A stretch of DNA of 64,000 bases from Massalongia carnosa. Taxonomy: Eukaryota. Below, piece after piece: positions 23,164 through 34,999 of this stretch. The notes under the pieces are model-generated. The model searched no databases, was not told where the DNA came from, and saw only the letters and a program-made list of their open reading frames with translations. Position 1 is the first letter of the stretch. Each line of letters begins with the position of its first letter. The position numbers were made by a program, and so were the translations under genes. The DNA is taken from assembly GCA_965645245.1 (NCBI GenBank), contig OZ287073.1:806001-870000 (forward strand). Reading direction: 5' to 3'.

Positions 23164-26100
23164 ATGTCGTCCAGAGTATGTCTCATTTGTCACCAATGTA
23201 TCCTGCTTTATCTTGGCTTCTTAAGCTAACCTTTCTCGTGCAGAGGCAATCTCGGGAAGAAAGCTGGGAGAGCATTCGTGTTTGTTGCTTTGATACCCTT
23301 CTAACTTCCCTTGCTGATCCAATTAAATAGTACTCAGAAGCTTCAAGGGACGAGTCAGATAGCGAACATGGATATGGCGATATGAGCTCTGAGGAGCTGG
23401 AGCATGAGGGTGCGGAGGCTATTTGAAAGGTTGAGAGGCCAAATGATGAGCTAAATATTGGTAGACTTGGAAAGAGCAACGCCACCGCTTCTGACCGTTG
23501 GTGATGTGCAACGAGCGCTTCACCCTCTTCAAGTTACGGCAGATCGAGTTGGAAAGCAAGTTGAAAGGTTTGCGGAGACCTTGGATCGTCTCAGTACTCG
23601 AAGTCAGGGGAGGTTACATAAGGATTGCCGTAATGTACTTCCCCTTGTTCTATCATATAAGAAAATCGCCTATGACACAGTGGAACAACTGAAAGCTGTC
23701 CACGCGCCTGAAAAGCAACATCAAATGGCCAAAGAATGGAAGCGAAGGTTACGGAATTCTAGCGGGAGCTCAACGCCTAGATCTATTCATGCAGAGGAGA
23801 ATTCAGATTCGAGCTTGAAAACTACGTTGAAAGACTTGAAGAGTTGGGAGCAAGAAGAGCACACATGGGAACTTCTTGGGCTGATGCTACAGGTTGAATA
23901 CCCTATACCACAATCTGACGCTCACAAACCCGAGTTTGATCAAGGTTTTGTTCGGCCCAGCAAAGGACCCGATATACATCGTTATTCGTCAGAGAAAGCA
24001 GTTTGGACACGTTTCCTGTCTGAAGATGATCAGGCTTGGGAAAGACATACTGTAGTTGAATGGCTAAAGAAGTGTGCGGATAGTTCTGGGCAAGATATCG
24101 AGTTAGTTGTAAAGGAACTTGAAGGGGACGCAGATAGAGGTTCCGGACTTTGGGCCCATAGCTGGCTTTATTCGAAAGAGGCAATCAAGGGTCAAAAGCG
24201 TCTGAGATCATGGCCTCAGCCACTATACCCTGATGCACCTGGCATTGAAGACTCGCTCCTAAATGCAGAACGTACCAAAGGTCTCATCACCCAGCTAGAT
24301 CCTGATTCCATTACTCGCCAGGACCGAAGTCTCGAAAAGCAGGATCACTATTTCGAAAGAGCCACGTGGCTAGCTTGTTGGGAGATGATACGACGAGGCA
24401 AGAGCTGGGACTTTGTACGCGAATGGTGTCAAGAGCGGGTTGAAGGTTGGAGAGCGATAGCCATGCGGGGTGATCCTCGAAGCTCGGGTTTCCAGGACGA
24501 CAGATTAAGCTACGATAAATCACTTGCTGTGAATTGGCATTCACGAGCTCTTTGGCGTAAAACCTGTGCTGTGGCAGCGAATCGCGGCGGTGTTGACAAG
24601 TATGAGAATGCCGTCTACGGGGTCCTCAGCGGCTATCTGCCGAGCGTGAAAGATGTTAGTGACAGCTGGGATGACTACTTATTCGCTCATTACAACTCCT
24701 ATTTGCTTCGTCAATTCGATCGTTACGTAAAGACCAACTTCTCTGATAGACTTCCTAAAGCTTTGACAGAAAAGCACGGATGCTTTAAGTTCTCTATCGC
24801 TGCAGGCCAGCGAACACAGTCTGGTAATCAGATAATAAAAAGGATGAAGAATCTCGCCAAGACAGGCAAAGAGGCGAGAGAACCTTTCAAACTTCTTCAG
24901 GGTAGCCTAATCGCGAAAACATTTGATGACTTTCTTTATAAAGAGGGGATTCAACTTGCCCTATCTGCCAACCATCCTGAAAGGTCCAAAATACTACCGG
25001 CTGTGAAAACAAATACTTCGGACGCCGCTGTCAACTCTAGCATAACGATGAATGATCATGATCTACTACGTATTATCACACACATGTATTTCATATTCCA
25101 AGACCTTGGGCTAGTTATCGAGGATGGTGATCGCCGTATTGCTGCTGAAAATTTCGTGGTTGCTTATGTGGACTACTTGAGCAAGGCCGGTAAACAACAA
25201 CTGTTACCATTGTATGCATCGCGTCTCTCTCCGAAACGGACGCAGAGCTGCTTGGGCAGGCAGCTTCCCCTCATACGAAACCATGGAGAGCGTCAAACAA
25301 TGATGCGGCTAATGAAACAGTGTGGAATTGAGATTTCGGGTGTTCTCAACATGCAACTGCAACTTATCATTAGCGATAACCTGCCTGAAGGTAGCAATGA
25401 AGATAATTATCCTAGACTGAGCGTGCTTGAGCCAACTAAGAAAGAAAAGGATTACGTTTATCCTATCAGAAAGAAATTTATAGGCGATGTCGTAACCGAT
25501 GATGAGCAGGATCTTATCAATGGTTTTGAATGGTACCTCCTTGAGGGCCATTGGCAAAATACATTGGCAACAGGAACTGTGCTGTACAAGCATCTACTAC
25601 GTGAGTATCTCCTAATGTGTTCTCGTAAACTTCTATTAAAAGATGTTCCACAGGTGCGAAGCGATTGGCTGCTGCAAGAGAACTCTCGAAGACAGTGACA
25701 TTCTCGAGCATATCGCTCAGCAAAACCCATGCAATTTTGGGTAAAATGCAGGACATTAGCCAAAATCCCGAAGACAATGACGGTGAACGAGAAGATAATA
25801 CTGGACTTGGAGCCTCAAGATCACAGCACAGCCGCAGTCAACGGAAAAGAAGTAGCTCTTCAATCCGGCGCGTCCACAATGAGCGTCAGCTGCTTCTTCA
25901 GCAATCTAAAAGCTTTCGGGATTTCGAGACTTTGTTCGCTGTTCTCGATGCCATGGAGCAATGGAAGGACGTTGCAGACCAAGCAGATGTGTGAGTGTGC
26001 GGAAGGACTGTAGTGCCCGACCAATTGCTAACCTTGTCTCTTTAAAGCATCCTTGTTAACACAGAAGAGACGAAACTGTGGAAAGCGACATTGCAGAAAG

Positions 26101-26560
26101 TTTTCAAGAAAATCGTAACCCTGATTGATCCATTACTTCATGGGTGGTTGCAGTATCCGAGAGATGGTGAGATACTTACCCTTCGCGTATGATCTTGTTG
26201 CAGCTGCTAATATTTTATTCAGACTCCGAAGCCGTCGAGTTCGAGCAGATCAGGGTAGCCTGTCTACCAGAAATTGTACTCGCTTACAACACTATTTTGA
26301 ACTATAGCGGCTACAGCCTCAGCCGCGACAATTTCCTGAAATGCATGGATCTTGCTGCAATCGTTGCAGAAGACTCAGACCTCACTGCTTGCTTCATGGC
26401 GTCTGGGAGGATGCCGGAGCTTGTGGACTCTTTTGCGCTGTCAAGCAGAAATATGATACACGCGGAAGAGCAGCGATCGAGGGCAGGCAAGAGCCCAAAA
26501 AGGTTAGATGGAAGGGCGTTGGACCTATGGGTTGTGAAGGCACATGTAGAAAGCAAGTAA
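23164..26560 (+). CDS. NUP84: Nuclear pore complex protein Nup84/Nup107
   Basis: Long exon with EEHTWELL, VVEWL, ITQLDPD, GWRA, YENAVYG, WDDYLFAHYN; several introns; the short 5' exons and the start codon are inferred. Confidence 0.88.
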
Positions 26561-27279
26561 GACGACATACTCTCTTACAGCAGGCGGGCGAATTTTCTTC
26601 CATACTTGGCAAGAGGAATATTCATTGCAAGATGTCCGCTGAGTGTAGACATAAGCCCTTGATCCTCGGAAGGGTGGTTGGGAGTAAAATCAATTGTCAC
26701 AAGTATCCCGTTACCAGTTGCTTTTGACCCTCAAAGCTAAAACAAAACGGTCGTTTGTTGTCCCCAGCGCTGGGAACGGTCTGTCGGTATTTAATCGATC
26801 AAGCTCTTGCAAGGTACAGCTTCAGGGGATGCCATGCCACGCTAGGAAGGAGGAGGCGACCAAATGGGGGCGCAAAAAGGCATAGGTAGACGGTCATAAT
26901 TCATGAAGCGACCACGCTATTATAACATCCCACTGTTTCTGGTATTTTCGACACTGTAGAAAATCAACCAATCGTTCGGGTTTTGATATAATTCCGTCCG
27001 AAGTATTTGCGCTGCACCTGCAGGAAGATAGAAACCCTTAACCCCATTAATCTACGAGAAAACCACTTGATACGAAACACGTTGTTTAGTGTAAGTAGCC
27101 TATGTTAGCGCTCATGCATGCATGACATTTTCACGTGTGAATCGAGATGCCGCATAGGGAAGAGAAAGGGGTGAGTGGGGATCAATTCCATCGAATATAC
27201 TTCGTAGATTTACCCTCATGCTCAGTAATCCGTAACCACTTGAGAGAGAACTAGGTAGCTAGCTAACGTGTAAAAGAAT

Positions 27280-27864
27280 TTTTATTTTATTTTATTAATT
27301 CATTAAGCGTATGCATCCTAAGGATATGACGCTGTGACTGCTATTTATGTACATAAACAACAGTCAGGAAGTGGAAACCTGGCCCCCAGGGTCAAACCAC
27401 TCCCTTGTTCCATGTTGAACGCAACGAGACCGTCCTTCTACCACGCGGTGCATACACCCAGATCTTCAAGCGCTAGGAATCCTATAGACTCGATGAACTA
27501 GACAGTGTATTTCCACACGCTCGACGAACGTTCTCTCTCTTTAAACGTTTTGATTCAATGGAGGAAAGACTGGCCGTGATCGAGGGCAGATCGTGGTGTC
27601 GTATAAATGAAGGTGTGTAAGTGTGGCCATTCTAAATGAATGGGCTTTTTCGATGAGGTGAAAGGCTTCCACCTGAGGGGTGTGGCCATTCCGAATGAAT
27701 GGGCTTTGTATGTGTGCCTTCGAGGTGACGAATGATCAGTAGAGACGTTGATCGTTCAAATGGCCACCGAGGTGGACTTCCGCGTTAGCGATGATCAGCT
27801 ATTGGCCACCTCCGAGGAGGTGTTGATAGCCTGCACCACGTAGAGGTTTCTGACCCAGCAGGCC
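27280..27864 (-). mobile_element. Non-autonomous non-LTR retroelement (SINE-like / internally deleted LINE), 585 bp
   Basis: 12-bp TSD GTGTAAAAGAAT at 27268-27279 and 27865-27876; 3' tail TAATAAAATAAAATAAAA; 3' stem-loops; short degenerate LINE-ORF2-like C-terminus (FIESIGFL..VCTAW*). Confidence 0.85.
27793..27864 (-). ncRNA. HDV-like self-cleaving ribozyme fold (possibly degenerate)
   Basis: GGCCUGC/GCAGGCU P1 with G1-U wobble; ACC-UCUACGU-GGU P3/L3; CACCUC-CUCG-GAGGUG P4; GCCAA J4/2; GGUCAG/CUGAUC P2. G1 abuts the TSD. Confidence 0.75.
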
Positions 27865-28379
27865 GTGTAAAAGAATATAAGATGGCCCAATCCATGGCAG
27901 CAGGGGTAATTCATGCTTTGAGAAGTAACTAAAAAGTACGGAACCTCCAATCCATGGCTTTCATCTCCAGCCGAGAAGAATCTGCATGCAAGACCAGAAT
28001 AGATTAGAGTCTTGTTTGAAACATTTGGTTGTCCATGCCAACAGCTTCCAATTGGAACCGTCCGGATGCGGTCATATCACATTTCGTCCTTTTTTGTTGT
28101 TTGGATCTTTTGGGAGACAGAGTACTTTGCCTCCTTTGTCATAGAATTTGTGTACTCTGTATTGTGTGGCGCATACTCTGTACAGAAATACATAGCTAGC
28201 TAGGTCGGTCGTACAGGGGTACAGAGTAGCCTTTGGAACCTTTATGTTTGTAGTGGTCACATGTAGTTACTCCGTAAACGAAGAACTCCGCATCCCGCAG
28301 ATCTCTCGAGAACAACCAGATAAGTTTCGCGAACAAGATTAACAAATATAAAACAATTCCAACTGTCCCTTGTGCTTTG

Positions 28380-28409
28380 AAGAACCAAGAACCAAGAACC
28401 AAGAACCAA
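28380..28409. repeat. (AAGAACC)n short tandem repeat
   Basis: About 4 copies seen directly. Confidence 0.7.
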
Positions 28410-29232
28410 GAGCTAAGAGCTTGCCAAGGACAGAACAAGCTGTTGAAGTGGCATAGCAGGGTAGGTGGAGGTGGAGATCGGGGCAGTGCAAATACCTAAT
28501 CCTAAGCGATGGCCACTTCAACGCTCTCTTGGCTCTTGCCCACCTTCTTTCATATTTCATATTCTGTGCATCCTTTTCATCACTCTCTCTGTCTCATGCC
28601 AGGGGTTTGCGTTGTATCGACAGGGATTCTAGATTAGGTTGGATTGGAGTCGTCTGAAATCGTTGTGACAACTCGTCCAACGCCTTAATTCATTCTCTCG
28701 CTTTTCTCGCCATCATTTTGCGCCTGCCCCAAAGCATCATTTTCATGACCGACCTGCCCTGATCGCGACTGTCTGATGGCGACTCGGCGCAGAGGAGGCA
28801 AAGTTCCTGGAAGTTTGGTTGGACCATCTGGCTCAAACTGTCGCCAAGGAGATTGGTGGACGTTATTGGGACGCCGGAGACTGTTCTTCGCCCGTGGTGA
28901 GAGATCGATAAAAACCAAATAATTATCATCACGTCACGGAGTGCTTCTTTACCTTATGTGATCGAACCGGCTACTGATACTGAGGGTCCCAGAAGCTAAT
29001 ACATCTTCAACACTTTCATCAATGCTACACTCGCACCTTCCTTAACGTTAACATAAAGCAAGAAAACACCGGTTCAACGCTCTGATTGAACATCAGAGCT
29101 TTAATATCGACATCCGAATTATCTTTAGAGGCACAGAACACTTACATCCTATAACCGTTTCACTTGCATGCATATGAGCGGAAGCTCTAAGGATTCCGCC
29201 AATTACTTCATCGAGCAGATCGCTTGGTGATC

Positions 29233-32200
29233 ATGCCGGAACCCGAGGATGATCAAAACCTAGCTCCTCCTTCAGGCGCTGCCCGCCGACAAAGAGCCCC
29301 TACAATCACTATTGACACCACTGCCGTTAGTCCGCCTCTGATGGCAAGCAGTGTATTTCCTCTTGTCCCTCTATCTAACCCTCCTGGTGCATCGCAGGGC
29401 GACCAAGGCGAAGGCGGCCAGTCGAAACCTACCTCGGTTCTGAATGACTCGTCACCCATCTACCTGAGGGCAGCCCATTCTTTTGAGAGCAAGGAAAGTC
29501 GTCCGACGTCGCCCCACAATGTCTCGTCACCCACGTCTAAATGGGTGGATATTCAACCTCACAATTTCCTCTCGGTCCCAAACGCCCGCTCCAGAGGGAA
29601 TTCCGTTGACTCCGAAGAGCCAGGTCACTCCCCCACATCCTACGGAGGCGATACTTACATACCTTCACCATCATCATCAGGGCTTGGAAATGATTTGAGG
29701 CATCTAAGCACCTCGCATACCAACAATAATATTATGAATGACGCCGAGGCACTAAAACCCGATCCTGGGACGGAGCCTAATTTCGAGGTGACGGATAACA
29801 AATTCGCTTTCTCTCCAGGGCAGCTTAGCAAGCTCATCAATCCAAAAAGCTTTGCAGCCTTCCATGCTCTAGGCGGTCTGATTGGTATTGAAAAGGGTCT
29901 TCGGACTGATCGATATTCGGGCCTGTCAATAGACGAGAAGAAGCTTGAGGGTTCGGTTAAGTTTGAAGATGCCGTCGCCGCTGCTGCAAACTTAAGAGCC
30001 ATAGGAGTTCTTCGCCGTAGTATCACCCGGACTTCGACATCAGCGACGTTGATGCAGCGCTCCGATGATTCTTTTTATGACCGAAAGAGAATCTTCAGAG
30101 ATAATCGGCTTCCAGCGAAGAAGCCGAAGACCATATGGCTGCTTGCATGGCTAGCTTACAATGATAAAGTCCTCATTCTTTTATCCGTTGCCGCAGTTGT
30201 ATCTCTTGCGTTGGGAATATACCAATCTACTACCAAAGCAAATGGGGAAACGATACAATGGGTGGAAGGAGTTGCCATTATGGTTGCCATCATCATTGTT
30301 GTTACCGTTGGGGCTGCGAACGATTGGCAGAAGGAACGGCAGTTCGTGAAGCTAAACACGAAGAAGGACGATAGGACAGTTAAGGTTATTCGATCTGGCA
30401 AGTCTCGAGAGATTTCGGTTCACGAAATTTTGGTTGGGGATGTGATGCATCTTGAGCCTGGAGATATGATACCTGTTGACGGTATTTTCATTTCCGGTCA
30501 CGACGTCAAGTGCGACGAGTCTTCTGCAACTGGAGAATCAGACTTTCTTAAAAAACATCCAGGCGATGAGGTCTACGATGCGATTGAAGCGCAAAAGGAT
30601 ATAGGAAAGTTGGATCCTTTCATACTATCTGGAGGTAAAGTCACCGAGGGCATTGGCACATTCCTCGTCACAGCCGTTGGGGTGCATTCAAGCTATGGGA
30701 AGACGATGATGTCCCTTCGTGAACCGTCCCAGACTACACCATTGCAGGTCAAGCTGAATGTTTTGGCAGAGTACATTGCCAAACTAGGGTTAGGTGCTGG
30801 TCTCGTGCTGTTTGTGGCAACATTCATCAAATTTTTAACGCAGCTGAAAGGGGCAAACTCAAGTGCTGATGACAAAGCACAGCAGTTTCTACAAGTCTTT
30901 ATCGTCGCGGTCACTATCGTGGTCGTTGCGGTTCCGGAAGGTTTGCCTCTTGCGGTGACACTTGCGCTTGCATTCGCCACAATCAGGATGCTCAAAGACA
31001 ACAACCTCGTTCGGGTTTTGCGTGCCTGTGAGACGATGGGAAATGCTACCACTGTTTGCTCCGATAAGACCGGAACTCTAACCCAAAATAGGATGTCTAT
31101 GGTGGCGGGGGTCTTGGGTATTTCATGTCGATTTGAAGAGGGGAGAAGCCCGGAGAACTCGGAGTCGAATTCCCCCAATTCACAAACGACCGATAATCTT
31201 GGTAATTCCGTGGCCGAAATACATGATGTCTCCATAATTAGCTTTGTTTCGAGTCTCGATGACGCAGTCAAATCACTTCTGGTGCAATCGATAGCTGTCA
31301 ACTCGACTGCGTTTGAAGGTGAACAGGATGGACAGGAGAGCTTTGTAGGATCCAAGACTGAAACTGCGCTGCTGAATTTCGCACGAGATTACCTCGCAAT
31401 GGGTCCTGTCAATGAGGAACGATCGAACGCCAATGTCGTCCAAATGGTGCCATTCGATTCAGGAAGGAAATGTATGGCGGTGGTGGTGAAAATGAACAAC
31501 TTTCGCTATCGAATGTTCGTAAAGGGAGCGTCAGAAATCATGCTCGGAAAGTGCTCAAGGATCCTTCGGGATCCTACTACCGGTATTACAGAAACGCCAA
31601 TAAGCAAAGAGGATGTCGAGATATTAAGTGATATCATTACCACCTTTGCCTCTCGATCATTGCGCACTATTGGCCTCCTATTCAAGGACTTTGAGCAATG
31701 GCCGCCGAAAGGAGCAACGACCCAAGAGGATGATCCTAAGCTTGCCGTGTTCGACAAGATTTTTAAGGACATGGTATTTCTAGGTATTGTGGGCATCCAG
31801 GACCCTCTGCGAGCGGGCGTCGCAGATGCGGTACGAGCATGCCAGAATGCTGGTGTTTATGTGCGCATGGTGACTGGAGACAACCTTCTCACGGCGAAGG
31901 CTATTGCTGGAGAATGTGGGATATACACAGCACACGGTCTTGTCATGGAAGGCCCGCAATTCAGAAAACTGAGCAGAACGGAGATGAACGAAATTATCCC
32001 GAGGCTCCAGGTACTTGCAAGGTCCAGTCCCGATGACAAACGAATCTTGGTAAAACGACTGAAAGAGATGGGTGAGACAGTAGCCGTGACAGGCGATGGC
32101 ACAAATGATGCTCCTGCCCTTAAGACTGCTGATGTTGGATTCTCCATGGGCATTGCAGGTACGGAGGTGGCAAAGGAGGCTTCAGCAATTATCCTTTTGG

Positions 32201-33501
32201 ACGATAACTTTGCTTCTATCGTCAAGGCCATCATGTGGGGTAGAGCCGTTAACGATTCGGTCAAGAAATTCTTACAGGTAGGTAAACTCTTGCTCATTTG
32301 GACAGCTCTCGTTAATCCGCAACAGTTCCAAGTTACAGTCAATATTACTGCTGTTGGTCTTACCTTCATCTCTGCCGTAGCAAGCAGCACCGAATCATCA
32401 GTATTAACCGCGGTTCAACTTCTATGGGTAAATCTGATAATGGATACCTTTGCGGCACTGGCCTTGGCAACTGATCCTCCAACAATCAAAATTCTCAACC
32501 GCAAGCCGGAGCCCAAATCATCTCCGCTGATCACCCTGACCATGTGGAAAATGATTATCGGTCAATCCATATTTCAGCTGATCGTCACGCTTGTTCTGTA
32601 TTTCGCCGGAATGTCTATTTTCAAGTATTCGGACAAAGAGCATAATCAGCTGCAGACGGCCATTTTCAATACCTTTGTGTGGATGCAGATTTTCAACCAG
32701 TACAATAGCCGGCGTTTAGACAACAAACTCAACATATTCGAGGGAATCCTCCACAATCGGTTCTTCATTGCCATACAGCTCGTCATTGCAGCTGGACAGA
32801 TCATCATTGTGGAACTCGGAGGGAAGGCTTTTTCCACCCAGCGCCTTGACGGAAAGCAATGGGCCTACTCTCTTGTTCTTGGACTGTTATCGCTGCCAAT
32901 TGCCGTACTTATTCGCTGCATACCCGATAGCTTCATACGCCGATGCATCCCATCCTACTTTGAGAAGAAGACGACCCCTCAAGTGCTTATTTCGGACGAG
33001 GATCGACTCTATGAATGGAATCCGGCGCTCGAGGAGATTCGAGAAGAGCTAAGTGTTCTAAAGATACTTCGTGGAGGTCGCCTCCATGCTCTGAAATACA
33101 GATTACAGCACCCTCGCGACCTATTACCCCGGTCAAGGAGTGGCTCAAGATCGCGGCCTACTTCAAGACCTCGTACGCCAACAGGAGAGCAGAGTGTCGG
33201 TCAGGCGCCTCCGACTCCGGAGTCTCGGAGATCCACCACACGCCGCGCAGGAAGGTCTCGATCAAATTCGACGTTTGGCCCTGCCGCGGCCATGGCTGGG
33301 ATTGTTGCGGGAAGTATAGGTGGTTGGTCGGCTGTGGGGCGCCAAAATGAGGAAGAATCGTCGAAGCGGTCTCATACTCGAAGCCATTCCGACCTTGAAG
33401 ATCAAGAAGGTCTGGAAATTCATCCAGCAACGGACCCTAGCGATCCAACCGTTGCTACAAATCCAATAGCCAGTCATACAACACCCAGCCAAATCCCATA
33501 A
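29233..33501 (+). CDS. PMC1: Ca2+-transporting P-type ATPase (PMCA/vacuolar Pmc1 type)
   Basis: DESSATGES, PEGLPLAVTLALAF, CSDKTGTLT, KGASE, MVTGDN, GDGTNDAPAL, QLLWVNLIMDT; probable 48-nt in-frame intron 32278-32325. Confidence 0.96.
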   Translation: MPEPEDDQNLAPPSGAARRQRAPTITIDTTAVSPPLMASSVFPLVPLSNPPGASQGDQGEGGQSKPTSVLNDSSPIYLRAAHSFESKESRPTSPHNVSSPTSKWVDIQPHNFLSVPNARSRGNSVDSEEPGHSPTSYGGDTYIPSPSSSGLGNDLRHLSTSHTNNNIMNDAEALKPDPGTEPNFEVTDNKFAFSPGQLSKLINPKSFAAFHALGGLIGIEKGLRTDRYSGLSIDEKKLEGSVKFEDAVAAAANLRAIGVLRRSITRTSTSATLMQRSDDSFYDRKRIFRDNRLPAKKPKTIWLLAWLAYNDKVLILLSVAAVVSLALGIYQSTTKANGETIQWVEGVAIMVAIIIVVTVGAANDWQKERQFVKLNTKKDDRTVKVIRSGKSREISVHEILVGDVMHLEPGDMIPVDGIFISGHDVKCDESSATGESDFLKKHPGDEVYDAIEAQKDIGKLDPFILSGGKVTEGIGTFLVTAVGVHSSYGKTMMSLREPSQTTPLQVKLNVLAEYIAKLGLGAGLVLFVATFIKFLTQLKGANSSADDKAQQFLQVFIVAVTIVVVAVPEGLPLAVTLALAFATIRMLKDNNLVRVLRACETMGNATTVCSDKTGTLTQNRMSMVAGVLGISCRFEEGRSPENSESNSPNSQTTDNLGNSVAEIHDVSIISFVSSLDDAVKSLLVQSIAVNSTAFEGEQDGQESFVGSKTETALLNFARDYLAMGPVNEERSNANVVQMVPFDSGRKCMAVVVKMNNFRYRMFVKGASEIMLGKCSRILRDPTTGITETPISKEDVEILSDIITTFASRSLRTIGLLFKDFEQWPPKGATTQEDDPKLAVFDKIFKDMVFLGIVGIQDPLRAGVADAVRACQNAGVYVRMVTGDNLLTAKAIAGECGIYTAHGLVMEGPQFRKLSRTEMNEIIPRLQVLARSSPDDKRILVKRLKEMGETVAVTGDGTNDAPALKTADVGFSMGIAGTEVAKEASAIILLDDNFASIVKAIMWGRAVNDSVKKFLQVGKLLLIWTALVNPQQFQVTVNITAVGLTFISAVASSTESSVLTAVQLLWVNLIMDTFAALALATDPPTIKILNRKPEPKSSPLITLTMWKMIIGQSIFQLIVTLVLYFAGMSIFKYSDKEHNQLQTAIFNTFVWMQIFNQYNSRRLDNKLNIFEGILHNRFFIAIQLVIAAGQIIIVELGGKAFSTQRLDGKQWAYSLVLGLLSLPIAVLIRCIPDSFIRRCIPSYFEKKTTPQVLISDEDRLYEWNPALEEIREELSVLKILRGGRLHALKYRLQHPRDLLPRSRSGSRSRPTSRPRTPTGEQSVGQAPPTPESRRSTTRRAGRSRSNSTFGPAAAMAGIVAGSIGGWSAVGRQNEEESSKRSHTRSHSDLEDQEGLEIHPATDPSDPTVATNPIASHTTPSQIP

Positions 33502-34220
33502 AGTAGCCCGGCGACTGGGCCATTGCTGGCTCCACCGGAGAGGCGTTCTTCGAAAGGGCAATTAATCGACTGATTAATCATTATCACTTCTCAAAGGCTG
33601 AACAGCTACACTGTAACTCTTTCCAGCGAATGGGAAGCTACTTAATTCGTAATAGCGACTTCTAATATGACTTTACAGCAGGAAACTGGGATCAGTCGCC
33701 GATACTTTATACCGGGCTGGTTTCTCGGGGTAAGGTGACCTTGAGCGCATTTGCGTATATCCGAATTTTGGGGGTCAGGTCGCGTGTGCTCTCCCCAGAC
33801 CCGGGGCTTTCACTGGTGATAACAAAACAGGCTAGGCCGGTGCAGGGCGTTTAATAGAGAAAACTTCAAGGGAAGAACCCGGTGGTTGGAGTCCTTGAGC
33901 TTTGGCGGGTGGCTGCTTCAGAGATCCCTGTATTTGCTAGCTTCTGGAGGATTTTTAAGGGGGAGACATGAAAGGACGCTTCTAGAGGTATCCGCCAGCG
34001 AATATGGAGGTAGAAGGAGCCTTTATGCGTGGGATAGCTGCTAGCGTGACAGGTCTTAAAGCGGGTTGGCACAATGATTGTGTACATATTCCGCAGGGGT
34101 CTACGCATGGAGCGAAATGCATTGTATGATTACAACACTAGGGGTTTCTCCTGACTCTCTCCTTCGCTACCTCGCTCATTAATTCCCTGAAACCTGAGGC
34201 CTGTAGTTCCCTTCTTCTAT

Positions 34221-34354
34221 TTCTTCTTCTTCTTCTTCTTCTTCTTCTTCTTCTTCTTCTTCTTCTTCTTCTTCTTCTTCTTCTTCTTCTTCTTCTTCTT
34301 CTTCTTCTTCTTCTTCTTCTTCTTCTTCTTCTTCTTCTTCTTCTTCTTCTTCTT
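34221..34354. repeat. (CTT)n microsatellite, ~44 units
   Basis: Perfect trinucleotide run; nearby (GA)n, (CA)n and (CT)n tracts. Confidence 0.97.
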
Positions 34355-34944
34355 GCTTTGGGGATTTTGCTCATCGTGAAGAAAGGAGGGGGGTAGAGAG
34401 AGAGAGAGAAGCATAAACCGCGAAACTTTCCCACAATGCTCCTTTATACACGAATACAAACTTCTTCGTATTCATATCTTCTCCATAAATGGATATTCTA
34501 CAGGAGGGTTTCTTTCACCTCTCTCTCTCACTCACACACACACACACTCTCTCTCTCTCTCTCTCTCTCACTCCCCCACCCCCCCTCTTTTCCTCGCGCC
34601 TCCTCTCATATATATATCTTATATATATTATACCCATACTCATCAAACCACAATCCAATAGCTATCCAAATCCCGGCCTCATTCCCCCATCAAATACCCA
34701 ATGTAGCTTCCACTTTCCGATTCCTCTTCCTTTCTCTTCTTGCTTTCTGTTTTTTTTCTTTCTTTTCCTTTTTTATCAATTCTTCTTCTCGTCTTTCACA
34801 AAGTAGGTAGGTAGGGATGAAATGCAGAGTTAGAAGGGGGGTGGGTTAGGGAGGATGGGCATCTCTGTTCCTGAGTGATTGCCTAATGGACAAACAGAGA
34901 GACAGACATGGGTCGCGGTCCAAATAGATACTGTCTGAAAGCAC

Positions 34945-34999
34945 TGCCTTGCCTTGCCTTGCCTTGCCTTGCCTTGCCTTGCCTTGCCTTGCCTTGCCT
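34945..34999. repeat. (TGCCT)n pentanucleotide microsatellite, ~11 units
   Basis: Seen directly. Confidence 0.95.

Noticed and set aside
29253..33561. Numerous antisense/overlapping ORFs within PMC1 (and similar ones in other genes)
   Set aside because: Shadow frames of real CDSs, with no independent motifs.
34138..34810. Poly-Arg/poly-Lys and low-complexity ORFs
   Set aside because: Translations of (CTT)n and dinucleotide microsatellites.
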